Origin: a virus
Lineage: Duplodnaviria > Caudoviricetes
DNA length: 64,000 nucleotides
IMG/VR virus record: IMGVR_UViG_3300023174_000163
Location: 1,102 to 65,101 of that record
Direction: 5' to 3' (one strand)
Shown: positions 18,998 to 30,100 of the stretch, one piece after another
How positions within the stretch are numbered: position 1 is the first letter of the stretch
How the letters are laid out: the number at the start of each line of letters is the position of its first letter
Program-made: the position numbers and the translations under genes
Notes under the pieces: model-generated
Seen by the model: the letters and a program-made list of their open reading frames with translations, nothing else
What the model was told of the DNA's origin: nothing
Databases searched by the model: none

Positions 18998-19030
18998 TAT
19001 TCTTCCAATCTATTAGTACTAAGGATAACA

Positions 19031-21331
19031 TTATCCTTCTAGGGCGTCAAGTCTTGCTGATAATTCTTGAATTGCTTTCACAATAGGGGATATAAATTCA
19101 TTATAAATTAGTGCTTGATTTGCATTTTCATCATCTAATCTATCTACTGCCCATAAAGCGGCTGTATCATAAACTCCATGTTGATCTAATACTTGTTTTA
19201 CTTCTTGAGCAATGAAACCATAGTGATCCCTTATGCCATGCTCACCTTCTTTATTTCTTTCTTTCCATTTAAATTTTACTGGTCGTAAATCATTTATAAA
19301 ACTTAATCCTAAAGGAGATTCTTGAATATTATCTTTTAGCCTATAATCAGAAGAAACATTTGGATTATTAATTAAATAAGCAGTTGTGTATCTTAAAGTT
19401 GACGGAGATATAACTCCAAGTGCTACATCGTTATTATAATATGGGTACCAAGATGAGACTGTTCCTGCTGTACTTTGAGAAATCATATTAATCGCATTAA
19501 CTGCAAGGGCTGGAACGGTTGTTCCTGTTCTTATAAAATTTGTTTTAAAGTAATAAGAATCAGTAGATGTACCAATTTCAATATTAGATCCAGATAATGT
19601 TCCTCCAGCCCCAATATTTGAAGCTGAAGAAAGAGATCCAGAAAATGTTCCAGTTGCTGCAGATAAAGCTCCAGCAAATGTTCCAGTTGCTGCAGATAAA
19701 GCTCCAGCAAATGTTCCAGTTGCGGCAGATAAAGAACCCGCAAAAGTTCCTGTTGCTCCAGACAAAGCTCCAGCAAAAGTTCCAGATGTTGCGGTAATTG
19801 TTCCAGATATATTTGCACCAGTTGCTATCAATTGACCAGCAGCAGTTACTTCAAATCCTCCTGCATTTACAATTCTTCCCGTATCATAAATTGTAAGATT
19901 TGTTGTAGTAATTGTTCCATTACTATTAAGAGTTAAATTACCTGAAGATATTGTTGATGTTCCTATTGTCCAACCAGAAATTGTGCTTGATGATAATCCA
20001 AGGGTAAACTTACCTGATGCGCTTGATCCCCCATCTGAACTATGATAAACACCAAGCGTAGGACTTATAATAACTGCATTGCCAGAAGAAGATCCAGCTC
20101 TAATTATTCCACTGCTGTCTAATTTAAATGTCCCGCCAGAATTTTGTATGCCATCTGCAGCAATTGTAATACCGCCAATACTTCCACCAGAGGCTGTAAT
20201 TGTTCCGCTAAATGATCCTGTTGCCGCAGACAAAGTTCCAGCAAATGTTCCAGATGCGGCAGATAAAGCTCCGCTAAATGTACCATCTCCAACAACTGTA
20301 AGTTTAGTTCCATTGTAACTAAGAACTGGATTTGAAACTCCACCACTTCCATAAATAATGAATGGATCTCCAGTTCCAGATAACTTAATATGTTTTCCTG
20401 AGGTTGATCCAACTGTTATTGTTGAGCCAGATGATAATGTGCCTGTAGCAATCTTATCTGCATTTATTGTAATTATATCTCCAGTAGTAACCTGTCCAAC
20501 TCTTACTGGATTGCCTGTTGCTGAAACTGCCGTAGAAGTATCTGTTCCATTTGTTGTTGCAATTTTAATATAGTAATCAGTTCCATAAGCCAATGCAACG
20601 CCATTTACAATAGTTCCAACGCCAATGTTTAAAGTGTTCTGTCCATTAGCAAAATTAAGCACGTCAACTTGATTTGATGAGGATGGAGTAAACCCAGCAG
20701 ATGTTCCTACATAAACTTTTGCTGCATTAAATCCATATGGTTGATCTCCGCCAGATGATGTTTTTCCATTCCATGATAATTGAATCGCTCCTAATACGGA
20801 AGAAACAGTTGGTGTTGAAGGAGTAACTGAAGATTCTGCTGCTGGTGCTGCAGATGTTACAGTTACGGTTCTTGCTGTGCTGTATAAAGATTCTGATCCA
20901 TTTACTGTTAATATTTTTAATTGAACAATATATACTCCAGCAACCGCTGCAAATGTTTGTGTGCCCGCCTGCTTAAAAAATCCAGCAGGCTTTGTTCCAT
21001 CTCCAAATGTGGTACCAGAAATATGTACATTTACTCTATCAAAGTTGGATGCTCCAGTTGATAAAGCATTATTGCCATCCCATGTTACTTTAATAAATCC
21101 TGCTCCGCCTACAACATCTCCAGAACCTAAATTAGGCTCTGATGGAATTGTTGCATATTCACTAGTAAATGTTTTTACAGAACTCCATGCACCCAATGTA
21201 CCATTTTTATTTTTCCATCTAAATTGAAGTGGATATGCAGTGCCTAAATCTAAATCTGTAATAGTAACTAGAAAATAATTACCATCATCTTTAGACTCTG
21301 ATGTATCTTTTAATAGGTCTTCATATGCCAT
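19031..21331 (-). CDS. Tail fibre/spike with FN3-like N-terminus and C-terminal S74 intramolecular chaperone
   Basis: SSDYRLKDNI...LRPVKFKWK...HYGFIAQEV...IVKAIQEL. Confidence 0.85.
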   Translation of the reverse strand: MAYEDLLKDTSESKDDGNYFLVTITDLDLGTAYPLQFRWKNKNGTLGAWSSVKTFTSEYATIPSEPNLGSGDVVGGAGFIKVTWDGNNALSTGASNFDRVNVHISGTTFGDGTKPAGFFKQAGTQTFAAVAGVYIVQLKILTVNGSESLYSTARTVTVTSAAPAAESSVTPSTPTVSSVLGAIQLSWNGKTSSGGDQPYGFNAAKVYVGTSAGFTPSSSNQVDVLNFANGQNTLNIGVGTIVNGVALAYGTDYYIKIATTNGTDTSTAVSATGNPVRVGQVTTGDIITINADKIATGTLSSGSTITVGSTSGKHIKLSGTGDPFIIYGSGGVSNPVLSYNGTKLTVVGDGTFSGALSAASGTFAGTLSAATGSFSGTITASGGSIGGITIAADGIQNSGGTFKLDSSGIIRAGSSSGNAVIISPTLGVYHSSDGGSSASGKFTLGLSSSTISGWTIGTSTISSGNLTLNSNGTITTTNLTIYDTGRIVNAGGFEVTAAGQLIATGANISGTITATSGTFAGALSGATGTFAGSLSAATGTFAGALSAATGTFAGALSAATGTFSGSLSSASNIGAGGTLSGSNIEIGTSTDSYYFKTNFIRTGTTVPALAVNAINMISQSTAGTVSSWYPYYNNDVALGVISPSTLRYTTAYLINNPNVSSDYRLKDNIQESPLGLSFINDLRPVKFKWKERNKEGEHGIRDHYGFIAQEVKQVLDQHGVYDTAALWAVDRLDDENANQALIYNEFISPIVKAIQELSARLDALEG
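19644..19800 (-). repeat. 33-nt tandem repeat encoding ATGTFAGALSA
   Basis: About 5 units, two nearly identical at DNA level; a second degenerate block lies near 20200-20285. Confidence 0.85.
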
Positions 21332-21332
21332 T

Positions 21333-22487
21333 CTAAAAACTCAAATCTAAAATGTATTCTACGTCTATTGGTCTTCCCTTTATTTTTTCTAATGGTGTAG
21401 CCAATGTTGATCTGCTAATAATGCCAAACGTAGGGTCAAAAGTATCCTCGTCATTTATTCTTAGTCCGTCCGCCCCAATTGAAGTTGAGTTTCCAGATGT
21501 TGGAGTAATAACAATACCAATCTTATTAATATTTGTTTTATCTGGTGAGTTAACTGCTCCAGCAAATACTGTGCTCATTAAAATATCTGGAACAATTTTA
21601 TATCCTAGTCCAGCTTGAGGTGTTATTGTTACTTCATAATATTTAGACGCTTCGCTATAAAATCTAATTTTAATGTTTAATACATCTGCCTCTGTTTTAT
21701 TATATGCAAAAGTTATTGAATCATTTACGCTGTAACCAGAAAAATCAATTGGATTAATGCTTTGTGTATATTCCATAGCTGAAGTGCCATTAGACTCTAA
21801 TACAAGTACGTTGTCACCAATTTTTTGTCCCGCCGTTAATACAGTTGGATGATTGCCACTCTGATCAGTCCAGTCAAATGCGTCATTAAAATCTGCAAGA
21901 TATTTGCTGTCAAAGTTATTTACCGAACTTCTTGCTGAAGGGTATAATCCAATTTCTGAAATAGTAGCCGATACGTCTTGTGGAAGAGTTGTTTTATATA
22001 CAACTGAATATGTTGTTGTTGCTCCAGATGTCTGTATGTCTGTGCTAGATAATTGAATAGGCAGTCTATAAAATTCAAATCCTAGTCTTGTATCTCCGTT
22101 TGTGGCTTTTTTAAATGCCCGCCCAGATGTTGATCCAGTAACAGCAGTTCCTGTTGCAGCATTGGTTACTGTAAATTGTGTTGTGCTGGCAGAGGCAACT
22201 GTAACGTTTGTTAGATTAAATGCAGATGTTGAAAGTCCGTAAATGCTTACTGTGTTTCCAGCAGTAAAATAATTATTTGCTGTATATGTAACCGTGCCTG
22301 CCGTGGCAGATGCGGCAGTTACAAGAGCTTCCTTGCGGTCTACTCCAAAAGCTAGGTCTTTGTTAGCATTAGCAATATTTCCTGCAATAAAATTAGTTAA
22401 AAATCTTTTGCCAAATTTAGTAATAACATTGGATGAACGACATATTTCTTTGCCATCCTGATAGAATACGTAAGTTCCTTTAATCAT
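21333..22487 (-). CDS. Minor tail protein
   Basis: NVITKFGKRFL N-terminus, ISEIGLY, Thr/Ala-rich insert; position. Confidence 0.65.
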   Translation of the reverse strand: MIKGTYVFYQDGKEICRSSNVITKFGKRFLTNFIAGNIANANKDLAFGVDRKEALVTAASATAGTVTYTANNYFTAGNTVSIYGLSTSAFNLTNVTVASASTTQFTVTNAATGTAVTGSTSGRAFKKATNGDTRLGFEFYRLPIQLSSTDIQTSGATTTYSVVYKTTLPQDVSATISEIGLYPSARSSVNNFDSKYLADFNDAFDWTDQSGNHPTVLTAGQKIGDNVLVLESNGTSAMEYTQSINPIDFSGYSVNDSITFAYNKTEADVLNIKIRFYSEASKYYEVTITPQAGLGYKIVPDILMSTVFAGAVNSPDKTNINKIGIVITPTSGNSTSIGADGLRINDEDTFDPTFGIISRSTLATPLEKIKGRPIDVEYILDLSF

Positions 22488-22900
22488 AGTTTTTCGGAAG
22501 GATTATAAACCCTTGCGTCTACCCCCTCAATGTTTGATTTATCTTTACTTGTATTTGTAATTTTAATTACAATTTTTGCCTTTTCTACTTTTGTTACTGG
22601 GTCATAATATTTTGTAGAGCTAAACAATTCAATATCTGTTAAATTTGGAACATCTGGAATTTCAATTTGTACAACTCCTGGTTTTGGTGTTGTGGCTCCT
22701 GGTGTATCTACATTACCAGATGAACTTGCAAATGGTGAGCCTGGGCTAAATTTAGTATACTGTATCTTTCCGCCGTCTTTAACTAAAAATTGTGATGGGT
22801 CATAAAAAGATATAAATTCATCATTTGTAGTTACAACAATAGGTGCTCCACGAACAATGGCCGCCTTGGGAACTCTAGATGAATTATCTTCTTTACTCAT
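22484..22900 (-). CDS. Hypothetical tail-region protein
   Basis: ORF with own leaderless promoter. Confidence 0.6.
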   Translation of the reverse strand: MSKEDNSSRVPKAAIVRGAPIVVTTNDEFISFYDPSQFLVKDGGKIQYTKFSPGSPFASSSGNVDTPGATTPKPGVVQIEIPDVPNLTDIELFSSTKYYDPVTKVEKAKIVIKITNTSKDKSNIEGVDARVYNPSEKL

Positions 22901-22906
22901 TTTTTT

Positions 22907-22915
22907 ATTATACCA
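22907..22915 (-). promoter_or_regulatory. Extended -10 leaderless promoter
   Basis: TGGTATAAT, 6 nt before ATG 22900. Confidence 0.65.
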
Positions 22916-22924
22916 TTTGGTCGA

Positions 22925-24649
22925 CTATAAAGTTCGGCAAGTGATAGAAGTCTCCAATCCTGCATTATATCTATGCGTAACGCTAGTTACAATTAATTTT
23001 TCTGTTCCTGCAAAACCTTGGTATGAATATTTTATAGTAACCAGATCTCCTACTGATATTAAAGGGTTTCCAAATATATCCATAGAAACTACTTTACCTC
23101 TATTTACAACAGTGTTTTTAATCCAGTCCGCCAATGACTTAACATCAGTTAAGTTTTGAAGCCATGTTGATTGAAATTGAATTGGTTCTTTAGATGTATA
23201 ATCAGATGTTTCTTCTGTTGTATATTCTAGATCTCCAGACATTCCCAGTGTATTTCCAAATATATAGAAGTAAGAATTTTCATTATCTGATAAAGGTATA
23301 GTTGTTGAAGTGTTATTTAGAACATATGCTTCTGCTGAAAAATTAGATACTTTAGAGGCTAAAATTTTTGCATATGGATTCCCGCCAGTTGTCCACATGA
23401 CTGGAAATGTTGGTCTACTGTCAAATTTAACTTTAGCAGTTGTAATTTCTCTAACCACTGTTCCAAATTCATCAACCATAGTTTTCTTTTTATCATACTC
23501 GTCTCCCTCAAGGGAGGCGTTATAAAGGGTTTCGCCGAATGCTACGTCTATCACATCATTAGAAAATTGGCCTTCATAAAAATTAGTTTTATAAGAAGAG
23601 TCATCATATCTTGCTGTGTCTATATCTGTTCCATAAACATAATCAAATGCGGCTGTGCCCTTTGTAGCCATAAGAGCAACACGTTTTGTTGGATGAATAA
23701 TTTCATCTAGCCCAGAGCCAGTTGTGGTATCTGTTGCTATAATCTTAAAACCATTAACATATACAACTATATCTACGGTTAAATTTTTTACTTTAACCTT
23801 TACATCAATTGAATACGACGTAGCCCCATAGACTCCACCAAATGTACTAGTTGTGCTTTTTTGAGAATCTGCTAAGATTTTCATCTTTGTGCCATTAGTT
23901 TTAATAATTCTAATTGATTTTCTGTCTTGAGAAGAAGCCAGACTAGTTGACTCAACAACAACAAAATATCCAGAAGTTGCCTCTGTATTTACAAAAAATC
24001 CCATGCCTGCTCCTGGTGTTGAATCTTTTACTGACTCCATAAACACAGTAGTTCCAAATGAAAAGTATGATTCAGAATTATTTTTCATGGCTTGATCTAC
24101 AGAGTAGGTTCCAGTTAATATTGCTGTAGTTTGTGTTGGAATTGTTATTGCTGGAAATTCTCTATTGGCTACAGCAAATTGGTCTTTAGTTTTTGTATTA
24201 TTTGATATTGTTAGATAAGACTTTCCCTGGCCAACATTTTTAGGATCCAAAACAGAACCTATTACTTTTCCATTAAATGAACTCGACGCTAATTGAATTT
24301 GTGTAGACAATAAATTTCCATAAGCTGCACTTCTTTTTGCCTGAACTGTAAACTTATATCTTCTTTCAGAAGTTAATCCACCAACTGTAAATAGCAATTC
24401 GCTTGAACTACTTGCAATAGTTTCTGTAGACAATGTTGATGAACCATCATTTGTGCCGTCAGCTAATAATTTTTGTGTAGTTATTTCAACTGTTGTTGGC
24501 TCTACGCTTGCCTGAAGTTTTGAAAAAGATATTTGTACTTCTGTTGTACTAGTTTGATTTACAACTAAGTCTGTTATTGTTAATGTTGTTGTAGCTCCAA
24601 TAGGCAGGACTGAGGTATCTTTATACTGATATTCTGAATCTAATGACAT
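22925..24649 (-). CDS. Minor tail protein (tail-tip hub C-terminal part)
   Basis: FN3-like region; C-terminal GNPLISVGDLVTI...VTSVTH. Confidence 0.7.
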   Translation of the reverse strand: MSLDSEYQYKDTSVLPIGATTTLTITDLVVNQTSTTEVQISFSKLQASVEPTTVEITTQKLLADGTNDGSSTLSTETIASSSSELLFTVGGLTSERRYKFTVQAKRSAAYGNLLSTQIQLASSSFNGKVIGSVLDPKNVGQGKSYLTISNNTKTKDQFAVANREFPAITIPTQTTAILTGTYSVDQAMKNNSESYFSFGTTVFMESVKDSTPGAGMGFFVNTEATSGYFVVVESTSLASSQDRKSIRIIKTNGTKMKILADSQKSTTSTFGGVYGATSYSIDVKVKVKNLTVDIVVYVNGFKIIATDTTTGSGLDEIIHPTKRVALMATKGTAAFDYVYGTDIDTARYDDSSYKTNFYEGQFSNDVIDVAFGETLYNASLEGDEYDKKKTMVDEFGTVVREITTAKVKFDSRPTFPVMWTTGGNPYAKILASKVSNFSAEAYVLNNTSTTIPLSDNENSYFYIFGNTLGMSGDLEYTTEETSDYTSKEPIQFQSTWLQNLTDVKSLADWIKNTVVNRGKVVSMDIFGNPLISVGDLVTIKYSYQGFAGTEKLIVTSVTHRYNAGLETSITCRTL

Positions 24650-26685
24650 TATTTAGATCCCCCCGTCGTCCATGTTATTGTTCTTCCAGTCCATTCACTT
24701 AAAGAATCTGAAGCCGTAGCGCTATGAAATGCTGCAGTCGTTCCAAGTGCCGCTCTTGATTTTACCCTAACTCTATTTGTTGGCTTAAAATATGCAGTCT
24801 CAGGTCTTGTTGGATCTTGATATCCTGGTTTTGATAAATATCTGTACTTACTTACATCTGATTGCGACTCTACCCAAACAGGTATCCATGTAGGGGTTGC
24901 ACTTGAATCATCTTTATCAACATACTGATATTGCAATGCATCAAATTCAAATATCTCTGAATCAATTAATAGGTGTCCGCTAAAATTAAATATTGATTGA
25001 TACTGACTATAATTATCAACGGTTTTTGTTTCAATTTGCAATCCTGGATATGTAGTAGCATTTGTTAAATTGTTTAAATCTGCAACTGTAGTAGCCTGTG
25101 CAATTGGATATTTTAATCCTCCTGCAGACAAGAATGTTGTTGGTGATTCCCAAAGTGGTCCTGAGCTTTGAACATAGTTAGACTTTAATGGTGTTTTCCA
25201 AATTATCTTAACCTGATTACCTGAAGCTGTTTCATCTTGACTAAAAGAAATTATATTTGGAAGAGCTGATCCTTCTACTTCGCTATAAAATGACCATGTA
25301 CTGGATCTTGTTGAATCATATATATAGTCTCTACTATAAAATTGTAATATACCCTCATCATCAAAAAATGCGTTCATTTGAATGTCTCTACACAATACTT
25401 GTATTGCTTCCCATACTGTTTGACTGTCTTCCGTCCACCAATAATTAATAAGCGGAATTGATGTATCTGGTGATTTTAAATTAAAATTGTAATCAGTAAA
25501 CCCAATTGAGTCCAGCAGTCTTCTTAAAATTGCAGTAACTGGGTAATCTTCGCATAGAATATCTGGGCAAAATGTTTCCATAAGATACTTTGCCCCATCT
25601 AATGCAACAACTCTGACATCGCCATATTCTGAAATAGACCAGTTGTCAACATAATAAATACCTTGCTCAACTTTATCATATTTATCTGATCCTGAAGTTA
25701 TTGCTCCATTTGAATGAAACACTTTAATGTATGGCTTTAATTCTGCATACTTAAACATATAAGTTTTATCTGTATCAAATGAGGCAGAAAGTCTATTGTA
25801 TGGCAAAGCTTGTAAAGCAGTTTGATTATACTTAGATAGATTTAAATCAATGCTGTTTGCTGTAACTATTCCAACTGGCAATATGTCTGAAGGGCTAGAT
25901 GAAGACTCTTTAGTAATATCTAATGAAACTATATCTGAAGATATATCTTTTATCCATCTAGCTGATACTTCAATGATTGCTATTACTTTTCCGCTTCCTG
26001 GATTTGTTGCTTGAACCCGAATTGATTTAATAGCCTGTGGTGTTGCATATGTAATTGGCTCTGTTGGTGCCGTCGCTGACCAAGATGAGCCACCATAATA
26101 AAGAGTTACTAAACCGCTTGCTGGTGTGCTTGTAGGGCCAACTACCTGTGTTGAGTTGTCAGACTTTGTAATAGTAATTGTATATGTTGTTGGAAGCTGA
26201 TTATATTTATCAAATTTAACTATAATTTTATTTGCTACGGCATTTTTATTTCCAGTTACTGGATTTGATGCTTGCTTATATGTTACTGTTAAATCTGCGG
26301 CGGCATCTTTAGGAGCTACCCAATATTTATATACTGTAGTAATTCCAGGATAATAAACTCTAGGCTGAGTATTTGGATATTGCAATGTTCTAAATGCAGA
26401 AAATGTTGTTGTGTCGTTTGGAAGAGCAATAAAATATTTAATACCAGGACCAGAAGGTCTAAATGGTTTAATTACAGAATCAATTGGAAAAAGTTTTTTA
26501 AATGGATTTAATCTAATAGTTGTTCCAGCGGCAGAAGTAATTCCAGATATATAGTTTGCATCAGTTGCACTTGTAGTTGCAGCAATTCCATCAATCATAG
26601 AATTCATATTATATTCAATAGTACACCCTACATCAGTTCTTACTGTTGTATTATTGTAAAATACATTTTCAAGATTTGTAGGCAA
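24649..26685 (-). CDS. Minor tail protein (tail tip/hub)
   Basis: GIYYVDNW, TVWEAIQVLC, FFDDEGILQF; follows distal tail gene; TTG start. Confidence 0.7.
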   Translation of the reverse strand: MPTNLENVFYNNTTVRTDVGCTIEYNMNSMIDGIAATTSATDANYISGITSAAGTTIRLNPFKKLFPIDSVIKPFRPSGPGIKYFIALPNDTTTFSAFRTLQYPNTQPRVYYPGITTVYKYWVAPKDAAADLTVTYKQASNPVTGNKNAVANKIIVKFDKYNQLPTTYTITITKSDNSTQVVGPTSTPASGLVTLYYGGSSWSATAPTEPITYATPQAIKSIRVQATNPGSGKVIAIIEVSARWIKDISSDIVSLDITKESSSSPSDILPVGIVTANSIDLNLSKYNQTALQALPYNRLSASFDTDKTYMFKYAELKPYIKVFHSNGAITSGSDKYDKVEQGIYYVDNWSISEYGDVRVVALDGAKYLMETFCPDILCEDYPVTAILRRLLDSIGFTDYNFNLKSPDTSIPLINYWWTEDSQTVWEAIQVLCRDIQMNAFFDDEGILQFYSRDYIYDSTRSSTWSFYSEVEGSALPNIISFSQDETASGNQVKIIWKTPLKSNYVQSSGPLWESPTTFLSAGGLKYPIAQATTVADLNNLTNATTYPGLQIETKTVDNYSQYQSIFNFSGHLLIDSEIFEFDALQYQYVDKDDSSATPTWIPVWVESQSDVSKYRYLSKPGYQDPTRPETAYFKPTNRVRVKSRAALGTTAAFHSATASDSLSEWTGRTITWTTGGSK

Positions 26686-26687
26686 GA

Positions 26688-27161
26688 TTAAACCTCTTCC
26701 ATAGAAAGAGATATATTCCAGTGTGCTTGAATGCCACGCTTGACTAGATCAAATGAGCAATCTGTAAATGAAACTGTAAAAGATTCATATCCAGAAGATA
26801 CTTGGCTTGATCCATTCTTTGCATAATTAATGCGTATGTCAAACGTACCTTGTCCAAGCGTACTGTTATAAAATGTTCTTAAGTCCTCAGCTCCCCAATA
26901 CCCGTCAACTGTTGCTGTTCTATATGATGGTACTAGATCCCATGAAATACTAAATGCTTTTTTATCTGCAACAAAAAATTTGCGTAAATTTCCATTTGCC
27001 ATTCTTTTTGATTGTTCAATTCTATTGTGGTTTAATGTAAATTGACCTCTATTATGATCGGTTACTGTGTTCCACTTTGTTGTTCCATCCCCGCCATTTG
27101 CGGATGCATCTACTCCGTATATTTGAAGGAGGGCACCTTTAGGTAATGTAATTGCTGCCAT
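26688..27161 (-). CDS. Distal tail-like protein
   Basis: RMANGNLRK, FSISW, WNISLSMEEV; immediately after tape measure. Confidence 0.65.
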   Translation of the reverse strand: MAAITLPKGALLQIYGVDASANGGDGTTKWNTVTDHNRGQFTLNHNRIEQSKRMANGNLRKFFVADKKAFSISWDLVPSYRTATVDGYWGAEDLRTFYNSTLGQGTFDIRINYAKNGSSQVSSGYESFTVSFTDCSFDLVKRGIQAHWNISLSMEEV

Positions 27162-30100
27162 TAGTTACTTCTCCCTCTTCCAATTGTTGCTTCACGTAAT
27201 TTCATCTTTCTTTCAATAGCATTCGCTACATCATCTGGAGATAAATCTGTTCCATTTAATGTAACGTTAATATTATACAATGAATTTGAAGAAGTTGCCA
27301 TGCCTCCACTATTATATTTTACTTTTCCGCCAATTGAATATGCTGGAACATTATAAACTGGTCCACCCATAGCCATTTTATTAATTCTATCTAACATAGG
27401 CATTCCTACAGCTTGCACAGATTTAGCTCTAACAACATATTCTCCATTTGAGAGCATTGCTGGAATTGAATCAGATGTACCATTTCCTGCTCCACTTATA
27501 TATCCGCCAGAAGCTTTTCCAAAATTTGGAAGTGTGATTCCTCCAACAGTTGTAGATCCTCTAGATGGTTTTACTGGAGGAGGTAAAGTAATTCCTCCAA
27601 CAGATGTTGATCCTACTTTACCTGTATTTATTTGAGATGTTTTTTCAACAGGAACTTTTTTACCAGTAAATGTTTCAACTGCTAATATAAAGCTTTTAAC
27701 TGCATCCGCAAATTCTTTATTTGATTCTGCTTTAGCAATTGTATCTTGGCTAAGTGCCTCAAACATTACATCGTATGTAGATTTTCTATTTGCAAGGTCC
27801 GATGGTCCAGGCGCTGAATTAAATGAAGGCCCAGTTGCTTTGTATTGGCCTTCCATTTCTTTTGCCGTTTTAACAAGCGATGGGTCTTTACTGGATTTAG
27901 CAGTATTAAATGCAACAGCTAATGCTTTTTGTGCATCTGGTGTATTTTTGCCGCCATACTTAGCAATAATTCTAACAATTTCTCCTTCAAAATCTTTTGC
28001 TGCCTGTGTATCTTCAGCGGCTTTTGCGGCGCCTGCCACTGATCCAGCTGCTGCTTTAGATTTAGCATCTTTTTGATTTTGAAGTTTTTCAATTTGTGTT
28101 TCAAGTGTTTTTCTTTCAGCATCAAACTTATCATTAATTGCTTTTCTTGCTAACTCTCTTTCTCTATCTCCTCTTAACTTTTGAATGTTAAGTTGTTCTT
28201 GAGCAGCTTGCGCCATATTCCCAGAAGCAAGTGCCTCTTGATATTTAATTTGAGCTTGTTTAATAGAAGTTTCAAAATTTTGTGATTGTTCTTGAATATC
28301 AAGAATTGCTAATCTCTTTTTTCTTTCTTCTTCTAGGGCATCAATTAATTTTTGATTTTTCTTTATAGCATTATCATAATAAGAACTATCTTGCTTAGAT
28401 GCTGCTTTTGCAATATTTTGTAATTTTGTTTGATTTGCAACTCTTGTAGCAACCAATTTTCCAATAGCGGTTTCAGAAACAATTGTGGTTGCTGCATCTT
28501 TTACCTTTTGATATCCAGCAGCAACAGATATAGCTTGATCTCCAGTCATTGCTCCAATATTCATAACATCGCTTAGACCAGCAGCAACTAATTGATATTT
28601 AGAAAATATACTTAATATAGATTCTGATTTTCCTAAAATAGAAGCCATTTCAAGATTTTGCATTTTATATGCTTCAAGGTTCTGGCTATTGATTGTTGAT
28701 GTTGCACCAGTTGTTCCTTTAATTTTTGCAATTGTCTCGGCTAATGCTTCTGACTCTGTTTTAATTTTTCCACTACTATCTTTAATTCCAACAAGTGAGT
28801 CCTTGTATGAGTTAAGACTATTGAGTGCAGCATCCATTCCAACATTAAATTCTTGTGCATTAAATGCCCTTGATCCTTGAATAACCTTGCCGAGCTTTTC
28901 TACCTGGCTTGTAGCAGCAGATGCCTTATCAATAATATCTTTAAATCCAGATGATGTAATTGCTCCCAATGCTTGTTTAGATTTATTTGAAGCGGCTACT
29001 AAAGTGTATATTGTATTTGTAGCTTCTTCTACACTCATACCCATAGCTACATATTGTGCCTTCATTGATGTTGCTAACTCATTAACTCTTGATTTATCTA
29101 CATTATTAAATAAAGCAACTGTCTCTTTTGCACTAGTTTTAGCTTTATCAATTCCATCTTTTAATTGTTGAATTGTAAGTGTTAGTCCAGGAATTCCACT
29201 CTTTGTAAATGAGTTATATGAAGATTCAATCTTAGCTTTATTTAACTCAAGCTGGGTGTTCATATCTTTAATTCTGTCAGATATAGATGTGTATTGTATT
29301 CCTACTTCTGCAAGTTGTTCTTTTGTCCCGCCAAACATTGCACGATTAACTTTACCAGCATTCTCTGCATCTTTTCTAAATTTATTAATAAGCATTACTG
29401 CTACTGTAAGGCCACCAATTACTGCACCAGGAATAGTTAATTTACCAAGAACTGAAGCTACTTTAGTTATAGAAGGAAGGGCTCCGCCAAATCCTTTAAG
29501 TGCTGTCATCATTGGAAGAATGTTTGATGCCATCATAATTGCAGTTCCAGCGTTTCCACCAACCATAGATCCTGCAATTCCACCTGCCATTCCAATGCCT
29601 AGTTGTGCGCCAAGCCCCATTGGTTTGCCTGACATTCCAGATACTAGTCCCTTGCCATAAGGATTTTTTAATCCTTCTTTATATGCTGCAACTCCGCCTG
29701 GAGTTCCATTTTCATAATATCTTGGCCCAGCTCCGCCAACCATCCCTCCAGTTGCAAAACCTCTACGAATTTTTGTATTCATTAAAACTTCTGCTAGAGT
29801 TCTGCCTATTCTTTTTGTATTCAAGCCTTTTCTCATCATTGGGTCTTGCATAATACCCTTTTTAAATAATTTGCTTCCAGAAGTTGTTATTGAGTGTTTA
29901 TTGCCAGAAGCATCTGTAACTATAACAGTTGTTTTTCCACTTTTGCCAGATGCTGATGTTGGGCTTGTATAAAAAAAGTTTTCTTTTCCTGATGCTGCCT
30001 TAGCTTCTGCAGCTGTCATTACTGGAAGATTGGATGTTCCAGCATAATCTTTAAAACTTTCTGGTCTGTATCCCTTTGGTACATTTGCCGCACTCATTAC

